This document shows, piece by piece, positions 1-8,566 of a stretch of 64,000 nucleotides of DNA (the first letter of the stretch is position 1; each line of letters opens with the position of its first letter). Where the stretch lies: positions 64,001-128,000 of the forward strand of contig JBFGJG010000002.1 in assembly GCA_041577295.1 (NCBI GenBank), read 5' to 3'. Position numbers and translations under genes: made by a program. The notes under the pieces are model-generated. The model saw only the letters and a program-made list of their open reading frames with translations. It was not told the DNA's origin and did no database searches. This DNA comes from Gemmatimonadales bacterium (GTDB taxonomy: Bacteria > Gemmatimonadota > Gemmatimonadetes > Gemmatimonadales > GWC2-71-9).

Positions 1-678
1 GAGAACGCCAACCGTATAGCCGCCTCCGTCTGCCAGCACACGGGACGCTGTGCCAATTCCGCCCTTGAACTCGTGGCAGATCATGCCCGTCCCACCGCCT
101 ACGTTTCCCTCTACCACTGGCCCTGATCGCGCGCTGTCCATCGCCACAAAAGCGTGTTCACGGGTGACGTGGAAACCGTTGATGTCATTCAGATCGCCGT
201 CCCACGTCTCGGCGACCACCGGCAGCGCCCAGAGGAACCCGGGTCGATTGTTGACCATCCACTCGATGACGGCATCGCGTACCACCCCGACGCTATGTGT
301 GTTAGTGATCAAGACGGGGCCTTCGAGAATCCCCGACTCCCGCACCCAAGTGGTTCCGGTCATCTCACCGTTTCCGTTGAGCGTGAACCACGCGGCGAAG
401 GAGGTATCGCTGCCCGTGCGCCCACGCGGGAAAATGGCTGTCACACCGGTTCGCACGGGTCCATGCCCAACGACGAGCCGTCCACTCCCCCGAATGATGG
501 TTGCGTGACCTACCTCCACACCGGTCACGTCGGTGATGCCATTGTTGGGCCCGGGCACACCCAGTAACGGGATCCCCAAGTTTCGCGCGCGTGCGGGTTG
601 CTGGCCGTCTGCGCGCTCACAAAAAGCGAGCGCCAGCCCAAGAAACAGCACAATGAGAACCCCGCTACGAGTGGTCAT
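1..678 (-). CDS. P1 (DmpA/S58) family aminopeptidase, runs off the window start
   Basis: Not in the ORF track. Manual translation from ATG 678 (AGGAG upstream) gives MTTRSGVLIVLFLGLALAF...RARNLGIPLLGVPGPNNGITDVTGVEVGHATII...GPVRTGVTAIFPRG: a signal peptide followed by the typical DmpA N-terminus. Confidence 0.88.
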   Translation of the reverse strand, partial: MTTRSGVLIVLFLGLALAFCERADGQQPARARNLGIPLLGVPGPNNGITDVTGVEVGHATIIRGSGRLVVGHGPVRTGVTAIFPRGRTGSDTSFAAWFTLNGNGEMTGTTWVRESGILEGPVLITNTHSVGVVRDAVIEWMVNNRPGFLWALPVVAETWDGDLNDINGFHVTREHAFVAMDSARSGPVVEGNVGGGTGMICHEFKGGIGTASRVLADGGGYTVGVL

Positions 679-896
679 TGAGGCGTCTCCTACAACGAGA
701 AGGTGATCGTCGATACCGCTGCGACTCAATTTTCGCCCGCGAACGCCCCCTCCCGCCTCTTCCGCTAATCCCATGAACGGCACACACCCACTGGCGAACG
801 ATTCGAAGGACGAGCACATTTCCCCAGTTTTGGGGTCCGGCTCCTCTTCGCCGGTTCCAATTCTAGCCTTCATCATGAGCCGCGTACATATCCAAG

Positions 897-2273
897 GTGA
901 CCACTCATCGATATCCCGAGACAGCGGTCTTTTACCGTCGTCTCACCGGCGACTTTCCGATCGTATCACACGGGGAAGGATGCTATGTGTACGACGGCGA
1001 TGGGAATCGGTACTTGGACGCTTGTGGTGGCGCATTCGTGGCCAACCTCGGCCATGGAGTGCGTGAAGTCGCGGATGCAATGGCGGACCAGGCCCGCAAG
1101 ATTGCGTATGTCAACGCAACCGCGTTCACCAATCGCCCTGCCGAGGAGCTGGCCGCCGCCATAGCAGCACGGTGTCCGGGTGACCTCGACAAAGTGTACT
1201 TCCTCAGTAGTGGCTCCGAAGCGGTTGAGGCAGCTCTCAAGTTGGCGCGCCAGTACTGGAGCGAGCGCGGGAAAACCAGCAAGCGAACCGTCGTCGCACT
1301 TCGTCCATCGTATCACGGTAACACTCTCCTTGCACTGTCCGCGTCTGCGCGGGAACACTACAAATCATACTTTCACGACTGGATGATTGAGGTGGTACGC
1401 TCGCCGGCGCCCATGCCGTATCGCTGTCAGTGCAACGGCCGGGCGCCGTTGTGCCCAACGTGCAGCGGAGCAGGTGTGGAGGAGGCGGTTCATTCTGCAG
1501 GAGTGGAAAGCGTGGCAGCCGTCATCCTGGAGCCTATCGGCGGCTCCTCGACGGGCGTCTCCGTGCCACCCAATGACTTTCATCGACATGTGCGAGAGGT
1601 CTGCGACCGTCATGACATCTTGTATATCGCGGACGAAGTGCTGACCGGTGTGGGTCGTACCGGAGCTTGGACTGCCGTGCAGCACTACGAGGTCACCCCC
1701 GACATTTTGATTCTGGGGAAGGGTCTCACCGGTGGCTATGCACCCCTTTCCGCCGTGGTGGCACCGACTCGTATTCTGGACGTCTTGGCCGCTGGGTCGG
1801 GCAGCTTACTGCACGCACAAACCTATTCTCATCACCCAATCGCCTGTGCTGCGGGTTTGGCAGCAATTCATTATCTCCAAGCACACGGACTGCTCCACCG
1901 TTGTGCTGATCTCGGTATCACCTTTCACGAGCGTCTCAGCGCCCTAGGTGAGCTACCTCATGTGGGTGATGTCCGTGGCCGCGGTTTGCTTGCCGGTATC
2001 GAGTTCGTCCGCGACAGGCAAACCAAAGCGCCAATTCCTCGGGAAGCCAGATTTGCCGAGACCTTCGTGGAAGCCGCACGGAGCGCGGGACTTATCGTAT
2101 GGGCGAACGTTGGTCATGTGGACGGTGTGAACGGGGACCTGGTGTGTCTCGCTCCCCCTTTCGTGGTAACAACCGAGCAGATAGACGAGATCGTACACCG
2201 CTTCGAAGCGGCACTCACCAAAGCGGTACAGAGGGTCTTCGGTCTTCGTATGGTGAAGTCGTCAGAGCGTTAA
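897..2273 (+). CDS. Class III PLP-dependent aminotransferase
   Basis: GEGCYVYDGDGNRYLDA, SSGSEAVEAALK, SYHGNT, IADEVLTGVGRTG, PDILILGKG (PLP lysine), HAQTYSHHP. Confidence 0.93.
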   Translation: MTTHRYPETAVFYRRLTGDFPIVSHGEGCYVYDGDGNRYLDACGGAFVANLGHGVREVADAMADQARKIAYVNATAFTNRPAEELAAAIAARCPGDLDKVYFLSSGSEAVEAALKLARQYWSERGKTSKRTVVALRPSYHGNTLLALSASAREHYKSYFHDWMIEVVRSPAPMPYRCQCNGRAPLCPTCSGAGVEEAVHSAGVESVAAVILEPIGGSSTGVSVPPNDFHRHVREVCDRHDILYIADEVLTGVGRTGAWTAVQHYEVTPDILILGKGLTGGYAPLSAVVAPTRILDVLAAGSGSLLHAQTYSHHPIACAAGLAAIHYLQAHGLLHRCADLGITFHERLSALGELPHVGDVRGRGLLAGIEFVRDRQTKAPIPREARFAETFVEAARSAGLIVWANVGHVDGVNGDLVCLAPPFVVTTEQIDEIVHRFEAALTKAVQRVFGLRMVKSSER

Positions 2274-2297
2274 CCGAACTGGCGGGGAGATCCGCAT

Positions 2298-3878
2298 ATG
2301 AATTCGGCACCAAAGATCACGTATACCTCAGCGGACGTCGATTTCACCGCGTTTCACGAGCAATTCGACAACGCGCTCGCGAAGATCCGTCAGCAGTCTG
2401 GGAAGGAGCACAGGCTGTACATAGACGGGCGAGCCGTTCCGGGATCCCACGCTCCGATTGTCGACGTCAGCCCAATCGATAGCGGTTTCGTCCTTGGCCA
2501 CTTCGCCGCTGCGGGCGCCGCCGAAGTTGATCGAGCAGTGTCCGCCGCACGCGTGGGAGCCCGGCAGTGGCGACGGATGTCCTGGACCAATCGTGTCGAA
2601 ATACTTCGGCGCGCCGCTGAGTTGATCCGCAAGCACAAGTTTGAGCTTGCCGCGCTCATGAGCCTGGAGGTGGGCAAGAGTCGGTTGGAATCGATGGGCG
2701 ACGCCGAAGAGTCGGCAGATCTGATTGATTACTACTGCTCGCAAATGGAAGATGCCAATGGGTTCGTTCGCACCATGGCGAAGATCACTCCAATCGAGCG
2801 AAATACCGATGTGCTGCGACCATATGGCGTGTTTGTGTGCATTTCGCCATTCAACTTTCCGTTGGCGCTATCGGCTGGGATGTCGTCAGCTGCATTGGTA
2901 GCGGGTAACGCCGTGGTCTTCAAACCGGCAGAGGACACACCCTGGACCGGGCTTCGACTCTATGAGATCTATCGTGACGCGGGAGTTCCAGCGGATGTGT
3001 TTGGCTATCTCAGTGGACGGGGGCCAGAGATGGGCGACGCGCTGTGGCAGCACCGAAGGGTGGATGGCGTCGTTTTCACGGGATCGAAGAAGGTTGGTTT
3101 GCGGATCTACCAGGGTCTCAGCAAATCTTGGGTCAAGCCATGCCTGCTGGAGATGGGTGGCAAGAACGCAACGATCGTTTTGGAGAGCGGAGATCTCGAA
3201 GCAGCCGCGATGGGGGTCACACGTTCCGCATACGGACTCCAAAATCAAAAGTGCAGCGCTACCTCCCGTGTCTACGTCCAGCGTTCCGTGACTCGGCCGT
3301 TTCTCGACCATCTGTTGCGGCTCGTAAAGTCGCTCAAGATTGGAGATCCAACCCAACGCGACGTGTTCTTTGGCCCCGTGATCAACGAACGCGCTGTAGA
3401 GCGCTTTGAGCACGCGGTGTCGCAGGCCCGACGCGAAGGACAGATTCTATTGGGTGGCCATCGCATCACCGACACGCCATTCGACAAGGGGTACTTCCTC
3501 GCTCCTACTGTGGCGTCGCTTCCACTCTCCAGCTCCCTGTTCCGGGATGAGTTGTTCGTCCCTTTATTGGCGATCGGTGAGGTCGAGTCACTGGATGAGG
3601 CAATTGCTGAGACAAACAAAGCCGAATACGGTCTCACCGCTGGAATCTTCTCGCGCAATCAAGCGGAACTCGATCGCTTCTTCGACGAAATCGAAGCCGG
3701 TGTTTGCTATGCAAACAAACGAACCGGCTCGACCACTGGAGCTTGGCCTGGAGCGCAGCCGTTTTGTGGATGGAAAGGCTCTGGCTCTACCGGCAAGGGT
3801 GGGTGTGGACCCTATTATGTCGCACAGTTCATGAGAGAGCAGTGTCGAACGGTGATTACCGAAGGCGCCAATGCCTGA
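2298..3878 (+). CDS. Aldehyde dehydrogenase, P5C/semialdehyde dehydrogenase-like
   Basis: ISPFNFP, FKPAEDTP, FTGS, LEMGGKN (catalytic Glu), NQKCSA (catalytic Cys), YGLTAG, QPFCGWKGSG. Confidence 0.93.
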   Translation: MNSAPKITYTSADVDFTAFHEQFDNALAKIRQQSGKEHRLYIDGRAVPGSHAPIVDVSPIDSGFVLGHFAAAGAAEVDRAVSAARVGARQWRRMSWTNRVEILRRAAELIRKHKFELAALMSLEVGKSRLESMGDAEESADLIDYYCSQMEDANGFVRTMAKITPIERNTDVLRPYGVFVCISPFNFPLALSAGMSSAALVAGNAVVFKPAEDTPWTGLRLYEIYRDAGVPADVFGYLSGRGPEMGDALWQHRRVDGVVFTGSKKVGLRIYQGLSKSWVKPCLLEMGGKNATIVLESGDLEAAAMGVTRSAYGLQNQKCSATSRVYVQRSVTRPFLDHLLRLVKSLKIGDPTQRDVFFGPVINERAVERFEHAVSQARREGQILLGGHRITDTPFDKGYFLAPTVASLPLSSSLFRDELFVPLLAIGEVESLDEAIAETNKAEYGLTAGIFSRNQAELDRFFDEIEAGVCYANKRTGSTTGAWPGAQPFCGWKGSGSTGKGGCGPYYVAQFMREQCRTVITEGANA

Positions 3879-5196
3879 CTACCCGAGGATCAATGTGCCA
3901 CCGCCGGGGCCTCGTGCCCGGGAAATCGTTGCCCGCGACCGAGCATGGACATCGACTTGCTACCTCAAGGAGTATCCGCTGGTCGTGGCCGGTGGGCGTG
4001 GCGCCATGGTTGAAGACGTCGACGGGAACCGTTTTTTGGACTTCATGGCGGGTATTGCAGTAGTGTCGACGGGATACGGACACCCCACCGTGGTACAGGC
4101 CGTCAAGGATGCCGCCGAGAAGTTTCTCCACATTTGTGGGTCCGATTTTTACTACGAAGGCATGGCCGCGCTGGCCGAGCGACTCGCCAGCCTAGCACCC
4201 GGCAAGAGCAAGAAGCGCGTCTTTCTCACCAACTCCGGCACCGAAGCCGTGGAAGGCGCGATCAAGCTCGCGAGAAATGCCACGAGACGCCCAGCGTTGC
4301 TGGCTTTCAAAGGTGCCTTTCACGGCCGAACCTACGGAGGGATGAGTCTCACTTCGAGCAAGGTCACACAACGGGCCGGGTTTGGTCCGTTCCTCCCGGG
4401 GGTGCACCACGTTCCATACGCCTACTGCTACCGCTGCGCCTATGCCAAGACTTATCCGGACTGCAACATGTTTTGTGTATCGGCCATCGAAGACGATCTC
4501 TTCGCACAGCAGGTCGATCCGCGGGACGTGGCGGCCCTCTTCGTGGAGCCGGTCCTCGGAGAGGGTGGCTACGTCGTCCCTCCGTCTGAATACCTCCAAA
4601 GCCTCCGGACGCTGTGCGATCGCTATGGAATCCTGTTGGTGTGCGATGAGGTGCAATGCGGGATTGGACGAACCGGCCGCATGTTTGCATCCGAGTACGC
4701 CGGGATCGAGCCTGATATCCTACTCTCAGCCAAGGGTCTGGGTTCGGGCATGCCGATCGGCGCCATTATCGCGAAAGAGAGTGTCACCAAATGGGACCGC
4801 GGGGCCCACGGGTCGACATTCGGCGGCAACCCGGTGAGCTGCGCCGCAGCGTTGGCGACCCTGGAGATCGTAGAGAAAGAGTTACTTCAAAACGTGCGCG
4901 AAATGGGAGAGCGGTTGCTCGCCGGCGCGAAGAGACTCGCCACCGTTTCCGGGCGAGTCGGCGACGTGCGGGGACTCGGTCTGATGATCGGAATCGAACT
5001 GGTGAAAGACCGCAGGACGCGTGAACCCGATGAAGCGGTGGCCCGGTCGATTGTCCAGGCTGCGTTTCACAAAGGGCTCCTGCTCCTGGCCGCCGGTCGC
5101 AGCACCATTCGCTTGGCTCCCCCGCTCGTCGTCAATGCCTACGACGTCGATACCGGACTCAAGATTCTCGAGGAGTGTCTTCTCGAAGCGTCATGA
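3871..5196 (+). CDS. Class III aminotransferase (4-aminobutyrate/ornithine aminotransferase-like)
   Basis: DVDGNRFLDF, NSGTEAVEGAIK, FHGRT, DEVQCGIGRTG, PDILLSAKG, HGSTFGGNP. Overlaps the upstream stop. Confidence 0.93.
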   Translation: MPDYPRINVPPPGPRAREIVARDRAWTSTCYLKEYPLVVAGGRGAMVEDVDGNRFLDFMAGIAVVSTGYGHPTVVQAVKDAAEKFLHICGSDFYYEGMAALAERLASLAPGKSKKRVFLTNSGTEAVEGAIKLARNATRRPALLAFKGAFHGRTYGGMSLTSSKVTQRAGFGPFLPGVHHVPYAYCYRCAYAKTYPDCNMFCVSAIEDDLFAQQVDPRDVAALFVEPVLGEGGYVVPPSEYLQSLRTLCDRYGILLVCDEVQCGIGRTGRMFASEYAGIEPDILLSAKGLGSGMPIGAIIAKESVTKWDRGAHGSTFGGNPVSCAAALATLEIVEKELLQNVREMGERLLAGAKRLATVSGRVGDVRGLGLMIGIELVKDRRTREPDEAVARSIVQAAFHKGLLLLAAGRSTIRLAPPLVVNAYDVDTGLKILEECLLEAS

Positions 5197-6098
5197 GCAA
5201 GGTCCTCCCGATGCGCGATGCGATCGCGACGTACGTCAACGACGGCGATACTGTCATGATCGAAGGGTTCACACATCTCATCTGCTTTGCGGCGGGACAC
5301 GAGATCATCCGTCAGGGTCGCAAAGATCTCACGCTCTGCCGACTTACCCCGGACGTCGTTTACGACCAGATGATCGCCGCCGGGTGCGCCCGGAAGCTCA
5401 TCTTCTCATGGGCAGGTAACCCCGGTGCCGGATCACTCCATGCGTTTCGCCGCGCCGTGGAGCGCGTGCAGGGTGAACGACTCGAGATTGACGAGTACTC
5501 CCACTTCGGGATGGTGGTACGTATCGCAGCCGGCGCCGCGCATGTCCCGTTCGGTATCCTGCGCAATTACATGGGAACCGATCTGCCAAACGTCAGTTCG
5601 AACATCCGACGTATCACCTGTCCATTCACGGGTGAACAGCTCGCGGCGGTCCCTGCGCTCGAGCCCGACGTGACCATCGTGCACGCGCAACGCGCGGACG
5701 CCAAAGGCAACACACAGATTTGGGGGCTAACCGGGGTTCAGAAGGAAGCAGCGTTTGCCGCCAAACGGGTTATTGTGGTCGTAGAGCAAGTCGTGGATGA
5801 AGTCATCATCCGGTCCGATCCCAACCGCACGATCATCCCCGGGATGATCGTTGATGCCGTAGTAGCAGAACCGTGGGGCGCGCACCCCTCGTACGTGCAG
5901 GGCTACTACGATCGAGACAACGATTTCTACCTCGCATGGGAGGGGATCTCCCGTGATCCTGGACGGCTGCAGGCGTATCTGGACGAGTGGGTCTTCGGAG
6001 TCCCCGACCGAAAAACCTACATGGCACGGCAACCTGATCTCACCGATCGCCTCCGGTCCACGTCGGCAGTCTGTGAAGGTGTGAATTATGGGTACTGA
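5193..6098 (+). CDS. CoA-transferase subunit A (GctA/PcaI-like)
   Basis: ATGA overlap at 5193. DGDTVMIEGFTHLICFAAGHEIIRQ, PDVTIVHAQRADAKGN, PWGAHPS. Confidence 0.9.
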   Translation: MSKVLPMRDAIATYVNDGDTVMIEGFTHLICFAAGHEIIRQGRKDLTLCRLTPDVVYDQMIAAGCARKLIFSWAGNPGAGSLHAFRRAVERVQGERLEIDEYSHFGMVVRIAAGAAHVPFGILRNYMGTDLPNVSSNIRRITCPFTGEQLAAVPALEPDVTIVHAQRADAKGNTQIWGLTGVQKEAAFAAKRVIVVVEQVVDEVIIRSDPNRTIIPGMIVDAVVAEPWGAHPSYVQGYYDRDNDFYLAWEGISRDPGRLQAYLDEWVFGVPDRKTYMARQPDLTDRLRSTSAVCEGVNYGY

Positions 6099-6861
6099 CG
6101 GCTACACGCCGAGTGAGCTGATGACGGTGATGGCTGCGCGGGAGCTGCGCGACGGGGAGGTAGTTTTTGTCGGCATCGGGCTGCCCAATCTCGCGTGCAA
6201 CCTCGCCCGGGCTACCCACGCGCCAGGGCTTACACTCATCTACGAATCAGGGGCCGTCGGTGCAACCCCTTCCCGTTTGCCCGTTTCGATTGGTGATCCG
6301 TGTCTGGTAACGGGAGCATTGATGGTCGTGAGCATCGCCGATGTCTTTCAGTACTTTCTACAGAACGGGCTCATCGAGGTGGGCTTTCTGGGGGGTGCGC
6401 AGATCGATCAGTACGGTAACATCAACACCACCACGATCGGCTCGTACAGCCACCCGACGGTGCGTCTCCCAGGAAGCGGGGGCGCCGCTGAGATCGCGAC
6501 GCATGCCCACCGTACGCTAGTGATGAGCCGCCTCAGCAAGCGTGCCTTTCCGGCGACCGTAGATTTCCACACGAGCCCCGGACACCGCTACCAGGGTCGC
6601 TCCCGTGCCGAGCTCGGCATGCCTGGTGCCGGACCGGTCAAGGTGATTACGGACAAGGCCCTACTCGCCGCCAACACGACAACGGGCGAGCTCGAGCTGG
6701 ACGCTGTCTATCCCAACGTGAAACCGGATGAGGTGCAACAGCAGGTTGGTTGGGAGCTCGAAGTAAGGAATCCACTCAACCAGACTGAGCCCCCCACTTC
6801 CGACGAGCTCCGTATCCTGCGAGACATCTTGGACCCGAACAAGATCTATCTCGAGGCGTGA
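6088..6861 (+). CDS. CoA-transferase subunit B (GctB/PcaJ-like)
   Basis: ELRDGEVVFVGIGLP, LIYESG (catalytic Glu position), GFLGGAQIDQYGNIN, RLPGSGGA. Confidence 0.9.
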   Translation: MGTDGYTPSELMTVMAARELRDGEVVFVGIGLPNLACNLARATHAPGLTLIYESGAVGATPSRLPVSIGDPCLVTGALMVVSIADVFQYFLQNGLIEVGFLGGAQIDQYGNINTTTIGSYSHPTVRLPGSGGAAEIATHAHRTLVMSRLSKRAFPATVDFHTSPGHRYQGRSRAELGMPGAGPVKVITDKALLAANTTTGELELDAVYPNVKPDEVQQQVGWELEVRNPLNQTEPPTSDELRILRDILDPNKIYLEA

Positions 6862-8294
6862 GGTCTCTCACCGATCAGGGCGACTCACCGCCGAGCCTGG
6901 CGAAAGCGCTCAAGCTCCGGGACCTCGTACTCTTCAACATTGTCGCGGTGCTCAGCCTCCGCTGGCTCGCCACCTCGGCTGCCACGGGCCCGAGCGCTCT
7001 CACGCTGTGGGTGTTGGCCGCCCTTTTTTTCTTTCTGCCCCTGAGTGTTGCCGTTGGTTACTTGTCGTCGCGCTTTCCGAAAGAGGGTGGTCTCTACTTT
7101 TGGACCAAACGGGCATTTGGCGACGGACACGGATTTCTCTGTGGCTGGTGTTACTGGGTGAACAATATCTTGTATCCCGCAAACCTGCTCATGTCCACCG
7201 CCGTCATTGCCACCTACGTCGTGGGTCGAGGTGAAAGCGGTTTGGGTGAGAGTTGGAGCTATGTGCTCGTTGCGACGATGACGGCCCTCTGGCTCGCCAT
7301 CATCCTCAATGTCGTTGGAGTCGGAACCGGAAAGTGGCTCGAGAACATCGGAGGGATTGCCGCAGCTGTTCCGGGCCTGGTGCTCATCGGCATTGCGCTG
7401 CTCGTCGCCATCCGTCAACCACCAGCCAACAGCTTTGCATTCGAACAGCTGACGCCCAACCTCAGGAACTTCGCCCAGGTAAACCTCTGGGCCTCGATAG
7501 CTTTCGCCTTTTCAGGCATCGAGCTGTCATCGACGATGGCGGACGAGGTGACGGATTCGCGACGCAATCTCCCGCGCTCCCTTTTAATCTCGGTTCCCGT
7601 CATCGCCTCGCTGTACATCATCGGGACCGGAGCCGTGCTCTGGCTCGTGCCAAGCGGTGACATCAACATCGTGTCCGGCTTTCTTCAGGCTACAGCGGCT
7701 GGCGCCGGCAGGCTCGGCGAGAGTCTCGTGTGGATCGCGGCGGTTGCCGCGGCGCTCTATGTGCTCGGAAACATCGGGGGGGTTGGCGCCTGGCTAGCGG
7801 GACCGGCCCGTGTCGCCTTTGCCATCGGTATCGACCGCTATTTTCCGCCGGCATTTGGACGCATCCATCCGAAATGGAAGACGCCCCACGTTGCGATTCT
7901 CACCCAGGGCGTGCTCGCTACCATTTTCCTCATCCTGTCCGTGCTCGGCGAAGGCACAACCGTCGAGAAGGCCTATCTGATCCTCCTCGACACTATGATC
8001 TTGCTGTACTTCATCCCCTACGTTTACCTCTTTCTCTCCTATCTCTTGTTTCGACGCCGAGAGGCGAACGAACGAGGTACCGGGCTGCCAATTGTGGCCC
8101 ATCTGATTGGCCTTAGTGGCCTGCTACTCACATTGTTCGCTATGGCTGTCGCGGTCATCCCGCCACCTGGCGACACCGATCCGCTGCTCTTCGAGCTCAA
8201 GGTGCTCGGGGGCACTGGCGGCTTCATTCTGTTTGGTGGAATCCTCTACTGGCGGGCACGATGGAGACGAAGACCACACCACCACGGCTCGTAG
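6858..8294 (+). CDS. APC-family amino acid/polyamine permease
   Basis: About 12 hydrophobic segments. FPKEGGLYFWTKRAFG, FAFSGIEL, PARVAFA, HPKWKTPH. GTGA overlap with upstream gene. Confidence 0.92.
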   Translation: MRSLTDQGDSPPSLAKALKLRDLVLFNIVAVLSLRWLATSAATGPSALTLWVLAALFFFLPLSVAVGYLSSRFPKEGGLYFWTKRAFGDGHGFLCGWCYWVNNILYPANLLMSTAVIATYVVGRGESGLGESWSYVLVATMTALWLAIILNVVGVGTGKWLENIGGIAAAVPGLVLIGIALLVAIRQPPANSFAFEQLTPNLRNFAQVNLWASIAFAFSGIELSSTMADEVTDSRRNLPRSLLISVPVIASLYIIGTGAVLWLVPSGDINIVSGFLQATAAGAGRLGESLVWIAAVAAALYVLGNIGGVGAWLAGPARVAFAIGIDRYFPPAFGRIHPKWKTPHVAILTQGVLATIFLILSVLGEGTTVEKAYLILLDTMILLYFIPYVYLFLSYLLFRRREANERGTGLPIVAHLIGLSGLLLTLFAMAVAVIPPPGDTDPLLFELKVLGGTGGFILFGGILYWRARWRRRPHHHGS

Positions 8295-8566
8295 GATGAG
8301 CGCCTCACATCCCGTCCTTGCGCCTACCGCACCGCGACTCCCCGACTGGTTACCGATGCCAGCCCCGGCTGGGCGGCCGCCTAGATCGACCTGCCGGGCA
8401 GGTCGTGTACGGACACCACAAGCTATCGTGTGGCAACAACATAGCACGGCGAATTCCGATCGCTCGGCGCACTCTAGCCACTTACGAAGACGGATTACAG
8501 CATCGGGGGCACGTACCCTGCCACCCTGGGCGGCCATCGTTAAATCCCACCGCTTGAGAGTAAAAG

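Noticed and set aside
8295..8566. Small gene or structured RNA upstream of the NRPS
   Set aside because: No convincing ORF, RBS or recognisable RNA motif by eye.
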